Source of the DNA: Deltaproteobacteria bacterium RBG_16_49_23
GTDB taxonomy: Bacteria > Desulfobacterota > BSN033 > UBA1163
Assembly: GCA_001798855.1 (NCBI GenBank)
Contig: MGQQ01000089.1
Location: 12,189 to 76,188, forward strand
Direction: 5' to 3'
DNA: 64,000 nt
Below are positions 10,710 through 20,479 of the stretch, piece after piece. Under the pieces are notes generated by a model that was not told the DNA's origin, did not search any database, and saw only the letters and a program-made list of their open reading frames with translations. Position numbers and translations under genes: made by a program. Every line of letters starts with the position of its first letter. Positions within the stretch are counted from its first letter, which is position 1.

Positions 10710-10928
10710 ATGCCAATCTATGAATATCGTTGCAGTCATTGTAAACACGAGTTTGAAAAGCTGGTTTTCAACTCTTCTGAAAAGATCATCTGCCCCGAAT
10801 GCAAAGGCAAAAAAGTGAGCCGGATGATGTCGGCCTTCGCCTTTTCGAGCGGTGGAAAGTTCAAGAGCGCCGCCAGTCCCTCCTGCAGCGGCTGTTCCTC
10901 CAGCAGCTGTTCCACCTGTGGCTCTTAA
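10710..10928 (+). CDS. FmdB-family zinc-ribbon protein
   Basis: MPIYEYRCSHC...CPEC, Ser/Cys-rich tail. Confidence 0.88.
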   Translation: MPIYEYRCSHCKHEFEKLVFNSSEKIICPECKGKKVSRMMSAFAFSSGGKFKSAASPSCSGCSSSSCSTCGS

Positions 10929-11050
10929 TCACGGAATGATGGAATACCGGAATACTGGAACAATGGGGGATTAAAAAAGAAGACATCGAATGAATGATTT
11001 GTTTTTTCTTTGACCCATCATTCCATTTATCCATTATTCCCTTATTCCCT

Positions 11051-11974
11051 TTAGAGGTTCGTCAGATGCCTTCTTGCCTCCATCTCCTCCCTCAACGAGA
11101 CATCTTCCTGAAGCCCTTTTAAAACCTCATCGATCAAGCGAATCATCTCCTCCTTCTCCTCCGGCAGTTTCCCGTGGAGGGGAACCAGATTCGAGATATG
11201 ATCGCTTAAAAATTGGGAGGTGACCTGGAGTTCTTTCAGAAGGAGCCTGGTCTCTTTTAAAATCGTCTCCGGCGATGCCGGCTGGAACCGGCCTTCCTCC
11301 ATGGCTTCATAAAGAAGGGAGTTGGGTTGGGGGATGAAGGTCCGGACGCGTATGAAATGGGGATCGATCTGATTCAGAACGTCCGCTGTCCCTCTCGCAT
11401 GTTGCTCCCACTTTTTTTCTCCGCCGATGCCCAGCAAAACATATAAAGAGTATTCAAAACCTGCCTGCTTTCCCCTCTTCCCCGCTTCGACCATCTCCTC
11501 CGGAGTGGCTCCTTTTTCAATTTCCTCGAGCAGTTCACGGTCACCCGTCTCAAGACCGACATGAAGCCGATTCAATCCTGCTTTGAAGAGCTTTTCCAGC
11601 TCCTCGACAGGCTTCTTGGCCAGTGTCTTTGCCCTTGCGTAACTGGTTACCCTTTCAATATGGGGGAAAGAAGAATACAAAGCATTTAAAATCTTGATCA
11701 ACTCATCGGTCTTGTAAACCAGGCTGTTCGAATCCCCGATAAAGACTGTGCGGACTCTATCGCTGTAGAGTTCCCTTGCCATGGAGATATCCTCAAGCAC
11801 CTCCTCCGGTTCTCTTCGCTCGAATTTGATATTTTTATACATGGAACAGAAGGTGCACCGGTTCCAGGGACATCCTCTCGTCACCCTCAACAGGAGGCTG
11901 TTTGCTTCACTCGGCGGCCGAAAAGGGGGAAAGTCATACTCTCTTCTTCTCAATCCGAATCGTCCAATCGTCAT
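11051..11974 (-). CDS. Radical SAM protein
   Basis: FRPPSEA...GCPWNRCTFC; SDHISN. Confidence 0.88.
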   Translation of the reverse strand: MTIGRFGLRRREYDFPPFRPPSEANSLLLRVTRGCPWNRCTFCSMYKNIKFERREPEEVLEDISMARELYSDRVRTVFIGDSNSLVYKTDELIKILNALYSSFPHIERVTSYARAKTLAKKPVEELEKLFKAGLNRLHVGLETGDRELLEEIEKGATPEEMVEAGKRGKQAGFEYSLYVLLGIGGEKKWEQHARGTADVLNQIDPHFIRVRTFIPQPNSLLYEAMEEGRFQPASPETILKETRLLLKELQVTSQFLSDHISNLVPLHGKLPEEKEEMIRLIDEVLKGLQEDVSLREEMEARRHLTNL

Positions 11975-12014
11975 AACTGACCTCGCTGAAAAAGATAATT
12001 GAACTAAAATGATC

Positions 12015-12221
12015 GTACCAATTTAGCTGTTTGAAATCGTCTTGTAAAATCCCTCCCCTGCCTTCGCCGAAGCGGCTTCGCGCAGGCAGGCCACCTCCCT
12101 TTTCCAAAGGGAGGAAAAATATTTCCCCCTTTTGCCCTCCGGGTCAGAGACCGCTTCGGGTCGGAGACCAAAGGGGGATGGAGGGGGATTAGATCATTTT
12201 CTAAAAGCGATAAAGTGTTAC
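12015..12221. mobile_element. Complete family B MITE with nested inserts (12057-12090, 12135-12168)
   Basis: Ends GTACCAATTTAG ... TAAAGTGTTAC; otherwise collinear with 34986-35126. Confidence 0.8.
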
Positions 12222-12243
12222 AAGTAATTTAAAGTGACTAAAG

Positions 12244-13005
12244 TTAAAAGATCATCGTTACCGGAATCCCTTTTTTCTCAAAACGTTCCTTTAGATCGAT
12301 TCCAATGACATTAAAATAATCCTCTTTTAGATAGTCGTCCAGTCCATGTTTATGGTAGAGCCCCTTTACTTTATTGGGATAATTCATCTTATCAATGAGG
12401 ACCTCATCAACCGCTCCTTCCAGCATTTGAACCAATGTTTTTGAATCCATGGGAAGCAGCGGGCCGACAAAGGCATAGGTCTTCACTTTTTCCAGATGCA
12501 GGGTTCTCAATGCCTTTGCTCTGGATTCAATTGCAGGAGAGCCCGGTTCGAAGATCCTTTTTATATTTTCGTCATGGGTGCTCATGGTGAGGCCTACTTT
12601 AATATGATTGAACCGTTTAAACAGATCCATATCTCTCAGACAGAGCGGTGAACGGGTCAACAGGTTAACCGGGAACTGTTTGTCCAGAAGGGCTTCCAGG
12701 CATCTCCGGGTAATCTCATATTTTTTTTCAAGGGGCTGGTAGGGGTCGGTCACCGTGCTGATGGCAACCATTCCCAGTTTTGCCCTTTGCAACTGCTTCT
12801 TCAGGAGAGAGGGGGCGTTCACTTTGACATCAATAAATTCACCCCATGGCTCTTTATGGCCGGTGAACCGCTTCATAAAACTGGCGTAACAGTACTTACA
12901 TCCATGCCCGCATCCCACATAAGGGTTGAGGCAATAATCAAACCCAACGATAGCCGTTCTCGTGAGAACGGTCTTTGCAAAGACCTCTTTCACTTTCATT
13001 GACAT
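12244..13005 (-). CDS. Radical SAM protein, spore-photoproduct-lyase-like family
   Basis: LNPYVGCGHGCKYCYA, STVTDPYQPLE. Confidence 0.87.
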   Translation of the reverse strand: MSMKVKEVFAKTVLTRTAIVGFDYCLNPYVGCGHGCKYCYASFMKRFTGHKEPWGEFIDVKVNAPSLLKKQLQRAKLGMVAISTVTDPYQPLEKKYEITRRCLEALLDKQFPVNLLTRSPLCLRDMDLFKRFNHIKVGLTMSTHDENIKRIFEPGSPAIESRAKALRTLHLEKVKTYAFVGPLLPMDSKTLVQMLEGAVDEVLIDKMNYPNKVKGLYHKHGLDDYLKEDYFNVIGIDLKERFEKKGIPVTMIF

Positions 13006-13073
13006 AATTATAACGGAGTCTCAGATTAAATCAAAAGATTCCTGGAATGGCGGAGGATGATTAAGTCCGGGAC

Positions 13074-13832
13074 TTACTGGATGGGTATTTCAGGGAAATG
13101 GGAAAAAAGATTTTCGATTCCTTTCTGAGGATAGATTCCGCTCCGCTGGAAATAGATCTTCTGAAAGAATTTGAAGATGTCAATCTCCCCCTTTTTCGCC
13201 TTCTGCCAGAGGCTGTAAAGATGGTGGGCGGTAATAAAACTGATCTGTTGCCGGATCAGGAGATCGATCAGGTCCTTTGAGATATGGCTCATCTCGTTTC
13301 TCTCCGAAAGGGGAAGGCGGATATGCGTGCTTGCAATGATAAGGGTTTTTTCATTCTCCTTCTTATCTGTCTCAAATTGAAGGAGCCGGGTGATCTTGGG
13401 ATGACTTTTTTCAGCCTCTCCTTGGCACATCATTACCTGCAGACCAAAAGATTTCTGGGCATTCGGAATCTTTACAATGCGGTCTACGGATTGATAATGA
13501 ATTCCAGGCGAAATCATGAATCCCAGATCTTTGAAGATGGCGTGGACCGCATCGAGGAGAAGCAATTCACTTTTAGGCCAGAGAAGGGTCTCAATGGTGA
13601 AAAAGTCCTGTTCTTTAATCGTTGCCGAATCTTTTTGAGAAATCTTATCAATCTCTGCTTTTAAAAAATTCTTTCGTGCCCTCTCTTTTTCAGTGTTCTT
13701 TCTATCTGCCCGGCCTACAATAAACATAAAAATAAGGCAGACCAGCGGTATGATGAGTCGTGCTTCCTCCTCAAAGGTTAGAGCGCTATAGATAGCAAAA
13801 GCGGCCAGAAAAAGCTGGAATAAAACTAACAT
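13074..13832 (-). CDS. Membrane-anchored hypothetical protein, possibly degenerate restriction-endonuclease-like fold
   Basis: Two N-terminal hydrophobic helices; LLDAVHAIFKDLGF...VDRIV...GLQV resembles the Mrr_cat layout. Confidence 0.55.
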   Translation of the reverse strand: MLVLFQLFLAAFAIYSALTFEEEARLIIPLVCLIFMFIVGRADRKNTEKERARKNFLKAEIDKISQKDSATIKEQDFFTIETLLWPKSELLLLDAVHAIFKDLGFMISPGIHYQSVDRIVKIPNAQKSFGLQVMMCQGEAEKSHPKITRLLQFETDKKENEKTLIIASTHIRLPLSERNEMSHISKDLIDLLIRQQISFITAHHLYSLWQKAKKGEIDIFKFFQKIYFQRSGIYPQKGIENLFSHFPEIPIQ

Positions 13833-14053
13833 TTTTGAATCCTTTTTAAAAATAGAGTGAAAACAATAAGTTAAACAAAAGCTATTTACAGCAAATATTA
13901 TACCAATGCGAGATAATTAAAATTCAATAATATTATCAAAATGTTAGGTTAATAACCCGGATGTTTGTCTAAAAATGACTCTATAAATATTGCCCAATCC
14001 GAACAAAAAATGTCATTTTATTCATATATGAAATTTACAACGACTTCATCAGC

Positions 14054-14230
14054 CTATTCAAAACAACCCAGCTGGCACTGGCCGATTTTGATCTTCATCT
14101 CATTCAAGACCTTTGTTAACTCCTTCTTGGGTATTCCAAAATCATCAGCGATCTTAAAACAGATAGCGCATGGGATCTTGCCATCTTTCGCCTTCTCTTT
14201 TATAGCCATCTCTATTTTCTCACGGTCCAT
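14054..14230 (-). CDS. Small Cys-containing protein (CxxC...CQLGCF)
   Basis: AAGGAG RBS before MDREK; 58 aa; longer ORF call extends into a hairpin repeat. Confidence 0.75.
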   Translation of the reverse strand: MDREKIEMAIKEKAKDGKIPCAICFKIADDFGIPKKELTKVLNEMKIKIGQCQLGCFE

Positions 14231-14305
14231 ACCCAACTCCTTCCCATTGGCCCCCTCACCCCACCCTCTCCCCATAGGGGAGAGGGTGGGGTGAGGGGGG
14301 ATCTT

Positions 14306-14770
14306 TCATCCTTCTTTCCTTTTTTCTTCCTTTGATATATAAATCCCATATTCAAACCCGTCGACCAGGGCCAGAAAGGAGGCCTTATTAATATTTTCTG
14401 AAAAAGCTTTGACCTTCCATGCATCTTTTCCATTGCCGAAGAGAATCTCCACCTCCACGCCTGCTGCAGTTCCAGCGCCTGGATCAAAAATCCTGGAACT
14501 GAAATCAATCAATTTTATCTGGGCGACCTCAGGGAAAATAGATTTGAGTGACTTCTTTAAAACCTTTGCCAGGGCATCTACGGGTCCCACCCCCGTATCC
14601 GCCTCATGCATCTCTTTTCCACTCGCACGGATGGTGATGGTGGCTTCAGGCTGGATGCCATCGTCGATCAGACGATAATTTCCGATAATCTCAAAGTGGG
14701 GTTTATAATCGGACATGGAGCGTAAAAGGTTTAAGATCTTCGTCGCATCCTTGACTCTTTCTTCAACCAA
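14306..14770 (-). CDS. Stand-alone LeuA/CimA allosteric (regulatory) domain protein
   Basis: EATITI...GVGPVDALAKVLKK...IKLIDF...SENINKASFLALVDG. Confidence 0.78.
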   Translation of the reverse strand: MVEERVKDATKILNLLRSMSDYKPHFEIIGNYRLIDDGIQPEATITIRASGKEMHEADTGVGPVDALAKVLKKSLKSIFPEVAQIKLIDFSSRIFDPGAGTAAGVEVEILFGNGKDAWKVKAFSENINKASFLALVDGFEYGIYISKEEKRKEG

Positions 14771-15124
14771 GGCTCCCCTCCTCCTTTGTGATTGAATGAT
14801 ATTAGATTAATATTCTTTAAAATTGTCAAGAGAAAATATATTCAACCGGTCCATCTCACTTATTCATAGGATCATGGGAAAAAAAGACTTGACAAAATAT
14901 GGTAGTGTGTTAACATTTTTTTACTCCAAACAAGCACTCACCGTCCATATAAGATCATCGAGGGGAAAAGCCGGGGGGATTTCTCTCGGGCTTGGATCCT
15001 ACTCCAGGCAGATTTAAAAAAACTAAAAAGAAAAACGAAGGAGGTGAAAAAATAGCTTCAGGCTTCTGGTTAAATTAATGGTGACCTATCTCTATCCTAA
15101 CCTTAACCGAAAGGAGGCAAAACT

Positions 15125-16309
15125 ATGAGCTCTAAGGAAGTTACCAGAAGAAAATTTTTCGGAGATGTGGCTAAATACTGTGGAGCGGGAGTGGCCGCCT
15201 TGGGCATGATGGGGCCTGGCCGGGTCCATGGGGTCGATGACCTGGATACACCAGCCCATGAAGGGGTTTGGAGGATGAGGGATACACAGCTCAAGCAGTA
15301 TGGAGAATTTGTCAAAAATGCACCTCTCCCCAAGGACTATTTTGAAAAGAAGCCTGAAAATCTGGTGGACGGAGGAAAGCCGGTAAATTGGTCTCACCTC
15401 CATCCGAATTGGTATGGAGAAGGCAATAAATCTTCGCTTGGCCTCACCATGGCCACTCCCCTCGATAAAGAACTTAAGGGTGATATTAAAAAGGCCGTTA
15501 AGCTCATCGGAGGCTTTGAAAAATCTCTTAAAAAAACTGACAAGATCCTTATCAAACCAAACATGAATACTGGAGACCCCTGGCCGCAAGGAGGGACTGA
15601 CCCTGCCTTTCTTGAAGCCCTTATTCTCGTTCTCAAGGATGAAGGTTATACAAACTTAACTGTAGCCGACACTTGTGGACCTTGGGGACCCACAGAACGC
15701 GTCATGAAGAAAATGGGCTATGACTCTGTATCCAGCCGGACGGGCACGCCCCTCAAGACCTGGGAAAACGAGAAATGGATGAACATCCGCAATGCCAAGG
15801 CTGAATTTCTTGGCCGTTTCGGAGGCGGAGATGGCACGATAGCCTATCCCGATGACCTCAGAAATTATGATAAAGTGATTTATACCCCGGTTATGAAAAC
15901 CCACTTCCTTGGTGGAATCACCATGAGTTTGAAGCTCTCCGTTGGGATTTTGCATCGGGCTGATCGTGGGGCACATCTCCACACTTTCAATCACCTCTTC
16001 GTGGCCGAGCAAGCCGCTGAGATCAATCTTCCCTTCCAACCCGATCTGATCATCATGGATGGAAGAAGATCCCTGATCAGCGGAGGACCCTCCCATGGGG
16101 AGCAGGTCAAACCCGGGGTGATCCTCGCCTCCGGAGACCAGGTTGCCACCGATGTTATAGGAATAAGGATACTTCAGGAGTGGTACCCGAACATGGCCCA
16201 GAATAAGATCGGAATGTATGCCTGGTATCAAAAGCAGATTGCTCAGGCTGTAAAGGTCGGAGTGGGATTTGCAAGGAAGCAAGATGATATCAAGCTGGTA
16301 TTGGGTTAA
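15125..16309 (+). CDS. Tat-exported DUF362-domain protein
   Basis: VTRRKFFG signal; ILIKPN, GTDP, KTHFLGGITMSLK, SGDQVATD. Confidence 0.8.
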   Translation: MSSKEVTRRKFFGDVAKYCGAGVAALGMMGPGRVHGVDDLDTPAHEGVWRMRDTQLKQYGEFVKNAPLPKDYFEKKPENLVDGGKPVNWSHLHPNWYGEGNKSSLGLTMATPLDKELKGDIKKAVKLIGGFEKSLKKTDKILIKPNMNTGDPWPQGGTDPAFLEALILVLKDEGYTNLTVADTCGPWGPTERVMKKMGYDSVSSRTGTPLKTWENEKWMNIRNAKAEFLGRFGGGDGTIAYPDDLRNYDKVIYTPVMKTHFLGGITMSLKLSVGILHRADRGAHLHTFNHLFVAEQAAEINLPFQPDLIIMDGRRSLISGGPSHGEQVKPGVILASGDQVATDVIGIRILQEWYPNMAQNKIGMYAWYQKQIAQAVKVGVGFARKQDDIKLVLG

Positions 16310-16327
16310 TCTCTCGATGTTAGGTTT

Positions 16328-16368
16328 AAAATTCCCCCTTCCCGATGTTCTGGGAAGGGGGAATTTTT
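16328..16368 (+). terminator. Intrinsic terminator-like hairpin
   Basis: AAAATTCCCCCTTCCC-loop-GGGAAGGGGGAATTTTT right after the DUF362 stop. Confidence 0.65.
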
Positions 16369-16392
16369 GATGGAAAATTGGGAGAACGGTCG

Positions 16393-16848
16393 ATGAATAA
16401 ATTTACAATCTTTTTCCCCATCTTAATCCTTCTTTTCCCCATCATCGCCTTATCTCAAAAATCAGACTCCGCCATTGTGGATTTCAAAGTTCAGGCGCTA
16501 TACCGGGCAGCCAAGCTGACCTGGAAGGCAAAGGAGGGCTTGAAAAGTCCTATCACGGTTCAGATCTTCCGAGCAGATACTTTTGAAGAGGGCCCCTACA
16601 AGGAAGTGGACGCTGTCGCTCTTGCCCCCGATAAGAGCGCCTATGAGTATATAGATAAAACCATGGGGGCAGAAGCAAAATACTATTACAAACTCATCAT
16701 TAAAGAAACGAATGAATCTTTCGGTCCGATTCCTACGAGGCCCTTCTTTTCTCCTCCTGCAACTCATTGGAAGCCGCCAACCCCGAAGCAACAGCATGGT
16801 AACATCTTGGGCTCAGATTTCCGCCCATCCGTGAGGAAAGAATCCTAA
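16393..16848 (+). CDS. Secreted hypothetical protein (FN3/Ig-like beta fold possible)
   Basis: GGAGA RBS; Sec signal MNKFTIFFPILILLFPIIALS; LTW...YEYID...YYYKL pattern. Confidence 0.65.
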   Translation: MNKFTIFFPILILLFPIIALSQKSDSAIVDFKVQALYRAAKLTWKAKEGLKSPITVQIFRADTFEEGPYKEVDAVALAPDKSAYEYIDKTMGAEAKYYYKLIIKETNESFGPIPTRPFFSPPATHWKPPTPKQQHGNILGSDFRPSVRKES

Positions 16849-17454
16849 ATGAACGGAGAAGTAAATCGACGAACCATCCTCAAGGGATTCACTGTCGGGA
16901 TATTCGGTCTCGGAGGTGTCATCAGCTTGGGTAACTTCCTTGAAGTCCTCACCTTTCCAAATGGGCAAAAAGTGGCGTTGGCCAAAGGGGTGATCCTTGT
17001 GGATAAATCCCTCTGCTCAGGCTGTCGCATCTGTGAGATGGTCTGTGCTAATTTCAACAGTGCCGGACGGAACGCGGCTTCTCTCTCAAGGATTCTACTG
17101 GAAAAAGAATATCTTGGTGGAGACTACCAACCGAAGGTATGTCATCAGTGTGCCGATCCTCCCTGTCTGAAAGTCTGTCCAGTAACCGCTCTCCAAGTGG
17201 ATCGACAAAAAGGCACCTATGCCCGTGTCATTGATGAGAGAGCCTGCATCGGTTGTCAGAAATGCGTCGAGGCTTGCCGACAATATTTCCGTCCTTCCCG
17301 GCCAAGGTTTGATGTTCAAAAAAACAGGGCGGTGAAATGTCACCTTTGTTTCGGAGATCCTCAATGCGTCAAATTTTGCCCCCTCGGCGTTTTGCGAGTG
17401 GAAAGGTCAGAAAAGGGACTGCTTGTCGGTTATCCCGTGATCAAAGAGGATTGA
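16849..17454 (+). CDS. Tat-signal 4x[4Fe-4S] electron-transfer subunit (DmsB/YdhY-like)
   Basis: NRRTILKG; CSGCRICEMVC, CHQCADPPCLKVCP, CIGCQKCVEAC, KCHLC...CVKFCP. Confidence 0.88.
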   Translation: MNGEVNRRTILKGFTVGIFGLGGVISLGNFLEVLTFPNGQKVALAKGVILVDKSLCSGCRICEMVCANFNSAGRNAASLSRILLEKEYLGGDYQPKVCHQCADPPCLKVCPVTALQVDRQKGTYARVIDERACIGCQKCVEACRQYFRPSRPRFDVQKNRAVKCHLCFGDPQCVKFCPLGVLRVERSEKGLLVGYPVIKED

Positions 17455-17455
17455 A

Positions 17456-19492
17456 ATGGCTCCATCAGGCGGATGGGTTGGAAAAATTCTTCGAGTAGAC
17501 CTGACAAATTGGAAAATTTCAGAGATCTCTACTTTTGACTATGTGCCCAAATTCTTAGGGGGTCGGGGGTTGGGGGCTAAAATCTACTGGGACGAAGTGC
17601 CGCCAGAAGTTGGAGCCCTCGACCCTGAAAATCGACTCATTTTTGCCACCGGTCCTCTTCAGGGTACGATGGCCCCTACATCCGGAAGGTTTATGGTCCT
17701 CGGAAAATCCCCTCAGACCGCCCCCACGGAATCTTTCTGCCGTTCGGGAGTAGGAGGCCATTGGGCTCCTGAATTGAAATGGGCGGGCTATGATGCCCTC
17801 ATTATCCAAGGAAAATCTCCGAAGCCGGTCTATCTCTGGATAACCGATCAAAAAGCAGAGATTCTCGATGCCACCCGTCTCTGGGGTTTGGATACCTATC
17901 GAACCCAGCAAATGATTTGGAAGCTTCATGGCCCTAAGACGAGAGTGATGGTCATTGGAAAGGCTGGAGAGAATCGAAGCCGGATCGCCTGTATTTTGAC
18001 GGATTCCGGGGATGCATCGGGCCAAGGCGGATTCGGTGGGGTGATGGGCTCGAAAAATTTGAAGGCGATTGCGGTTCGAGGCACAGGGAGTGTAATTGTT
18101 GCAAGGCCAAAAGAACTGATGGAGATTACCCATCGCATCCAGAGTCTTTTCTCCCGCAAATCCCTTAAGAGCAATCCTTATCAGCCAGAAGAGAAAGGGT
18201 TCAAATATAATATTTGGGGAGGAGGCTACGGCCGGGGAAGCCTTTCGCTTCTTCAGGGTGAACTTCTCGACCTCTGTCAGGACCCATCCTCTGGCTATTC
18301 CCAGACTCCGGAGGGTTGTTTCGCCTGTCCGGTCTCCTGCCGGTCCCATGTAAAAGGTCCAGATATTATCAAAGGGGTTGCCTTTTGTGCCCAATCCTAT
18401 ATGTACCTCGAATCTCTGGTCCATCAGCCTGAAAAAGGCTACAGCAAAATCACCTGGCAGGCTGCCAAATTAGCTGACCTCTATGGGATCAATGCTTATG
18501 AACTGATGGCGATCATCCCCTGGCTGGCGGATTGCTTTCGGGAGAAGCTAATCACTGAAGAGGGGACCGGACTTCCTCTCAAGGAGATCGGATCCTGGAA
18601 CTTCATCTCAAAGCTTCTGCATCAGATGGCTGAACGGGAAGGTTTTGGTGATCTCCTGGCTGAAGGTGGCCAGCGAGCGGCTGCGAAGCTCGGCGGTAAG
18701 GCGGAAAAACTTTCTCAGATGTATTATCCCCGTGCCGGAAAGTTCGGTGGGTATCGTGAGCACTGGGTCTATTTAGGGGGCTTTCCAACAGGATATGCAG
18801 TCCCTCCGCTCGCATTGATGTGGGTTCTTGACAACCGGGACGCACTCGTTTCCCACAGTTTCATCTCTATGCTCTGGGGAGCGGCTTTTACGATCGGACA
18901 GAATGCCCTGACCGCAGTCCCGGAGAAGATTTTCCCCATTCTCAAACCTGTCATGAAGGCCGCTTATGGTTCAGCCGAGGCTGCGGAATTCTTCCGTGCC
19001 GACGGAAAGAGTCTCAACTGGAAATGGACTGCTCCTGTTGTGAAAAGGTATCATGAACACTCACTTCTGAAGGATAGCTACATTGTCTGCGACATCCTCT
19101 TCCCATACCTTTTTAATGCAAATTCCTCAGATCACGTTGGAGACTCAACCCTCGAATCCCGTCTCTATTCCGCAGTTACCGGAATGGAGATGAGTTTGGA
19201 GGAATCCTACAAAAAAGGAGAGATGCTCTGTACATTAGAAAGGGCATTGGCCGTGCGGGATGGTCGCACTCGCAAGGATGATATCCTCCATGACCTCTAT
19301 TTCGAAAAGGAGGATGCTGGGGGTAGGAAATATCTGCGGGAAGATCTGGAGCGTTCCAAAAGTGAATACTACAGTCGGATGGGATGGGACGTAAAGACCG
19401 GCATTCCAACCGCTTCGACCTTAGAGCAGTGGGACCTTAAAGAGGTGGCTGAGGATTTTCAGAGAAGAAAAATTCTGGGACAACGATCATGA
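17456..19492 (+). CDS. Aldehyde:ferredoxin oxidoreductase family (W/Mo-bis-pterin) enzyme
   Basis: GKILRVDLT, LGGRGLG, ELKWAGYD, GGVMGSKNLKAIAVRG, CFACPVSC, YYSRMGWD. Confidence 0.9.
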   Translation: MAPSGGWVGKILRVDLTNWKISEISTFDYVPKFLGGRGLGAKIYWDEVPPEVGALDPENRLIFATGPLQGTMAPTSGRFMVLGKSPQTAPTESFCRSGVGGHWAPELKWAGYDALIIQGKSPKPVYLWITDQKAEILDATRLWGLDTYRTQQMIWKLHGPKTRVMVIGKAGENRSRIACILTDSGDASGQGGFGGVMGSKNLKAIAVRGTGSVIVARPKELMEITHRIQSLFSRKSLKSNPYQPEEKGFKYNIWGGGYGRGSLSLLQGELLDLCQDPSSGYSQTPEGCFACPVSCRSHVKGPDIIKGVAFCAQSYMYLESLVHQPEKGYSKITWQAAKLADLYGINAYELMAIIPWLADCFREKLITEEGTGLPLKEIGSWNFISKLLHQMAEREGFGDLLAEGGQRAAAKLGGKAEKLSQMYYPRAGKFGGYREHWVYLGGFPTGYAVPPLALMWVLDNRDALVSHSFISMLWGAAFTIGQNALTAVPEKIFPILKPVMKAAYGSAEAAEFFRADGKSLNWKWTAPVVKRYHEHSLLKDSYIVCDILFPYLFNANSSDHVGDSTLESRLYSAVTGMEMSLEESYKKGEMLCTLERALAVRDGRTRKDDILHDLYFEKEDAGGRKYLREDLERSKSEYYSRMGWDVKTGIPTASTLEQWDLKEVAEDFQRRKILGQRS

Positions 19493-20310
19493 CTGAAGAA
19501 CCCTTCTCCCTGCCAACCTTCACCATGGCTGAATATGACTTCTACCGCGTTGATGAGCGAATCTTCTGGGCTCTCATTTTTGCCGCACTGATCTTCTGTG
19601 CAGTCCATGCGGCGCGCAGGGCCTTTCGTCAACCCCGATCCATAGAAACTCCTGAGACTCCTACAAACGCAAAGGGAGAAGAGCTTCAGAGGCACACCCT
19701 TTCTCAGAGAGTCTTCCATTGGACAAACGCAGGTGCCGTCATTTTACTAACCCTCTCTGGCTGGATGATCTATCAACCCAAAAAAATTCTTCTTTTTTCA
19801 GGAACGACCCCCCTATGGTTTATCTTCCACCGATGGGGAGTGGCGCTCTTTCTTGTGGGATTCATCTTTCATCTCATCTACGAAAGTTTCATTGCCCAAG
19901 GTTCGAATCCGCTGACGGTGAGTCGAGGAGAAATGAAAAGATTTCTGGACATCCTTAAAAATTTCTTCGGTCTTTCCAAATTCTACCCCTACTCAACCAA
20001 ATACCATCCAGGTCAAATCTTCTTCCATTGGGCAGTAGCGGGGAACCTTTTCTTTCTGACGATCACCGGATTTGTAATTTGGAAACCTTTCCGCGATCTC
20101 CTTCCCCTTTTCCTTTTGGGCCTGGGTTGGGATTTCATCTTTTACTGCCGTCTTCTTCATGGATTTTTTTCAGCCACCCTTATCCCCAGCCTCATCGGCC
20201 ATATCTACTTTGCCCTTCTGATTAAAAAGAACTGGGCAGAGACAAAATCGATGATCACCGGCCGTGTTTCCCTCCACGACTATCCGAGGAGCCATTCCTC
20301 CAATCGTTGA
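19489..20310 (+). CDS. Membrane cytochrome b subunit (FdnI/YdhU-like)
   Basis: RHTLSQRVFHWTNA, KYHPGQ, LLHG, GHIY, SMITG; several TM helices with His ligands. Confidence 0.85.
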   Translation: MTEEPFSLPTFTMAEYDFYRVDERIFWALIFAALIFCAVHAARRAFRQPRSIETPETPTNAKGEELQRHTLSQRVFHWTNAGAVILLTLSGWMIYQPKKILLFSGTTPLWFIFHRWGVALFLVGFIFHLIYESFIAQGSNPLTVSRGEMKRFLDILKNFFGLSKFYPYSTKYHPGQIFFHWAVAGNLFFLTITGFVIWKPFRDLLPLFLLGLGWDFIFYCRLLHGFFSATLIPSLIGHIYFALLIKKNWAETKSMITGRVSLHDYPRSHSSNR

Positions 20311-20479
20311 AAATCACCATTTGACCACACCCCAGAGGAAATGCTATCTTTTGGGCTGCGGGGTTCTAATTTTTAAGAATTATATTAATTCCACAATTCG
20401 CATTCCCTGCCCGCGCCTGCCTGCGGTAGGCAGGGCAGGCAGGCGCACTCCACAATGAGTTAGAGAAAGGAGCATCAAA

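Noticed and set aside
14930-15060. Moco/tungsten riboswitch in the leader of the DUF362/AOR cluster
   Set aside because: Only a generic hairpin is visible; cannot be supported without an Rfam search
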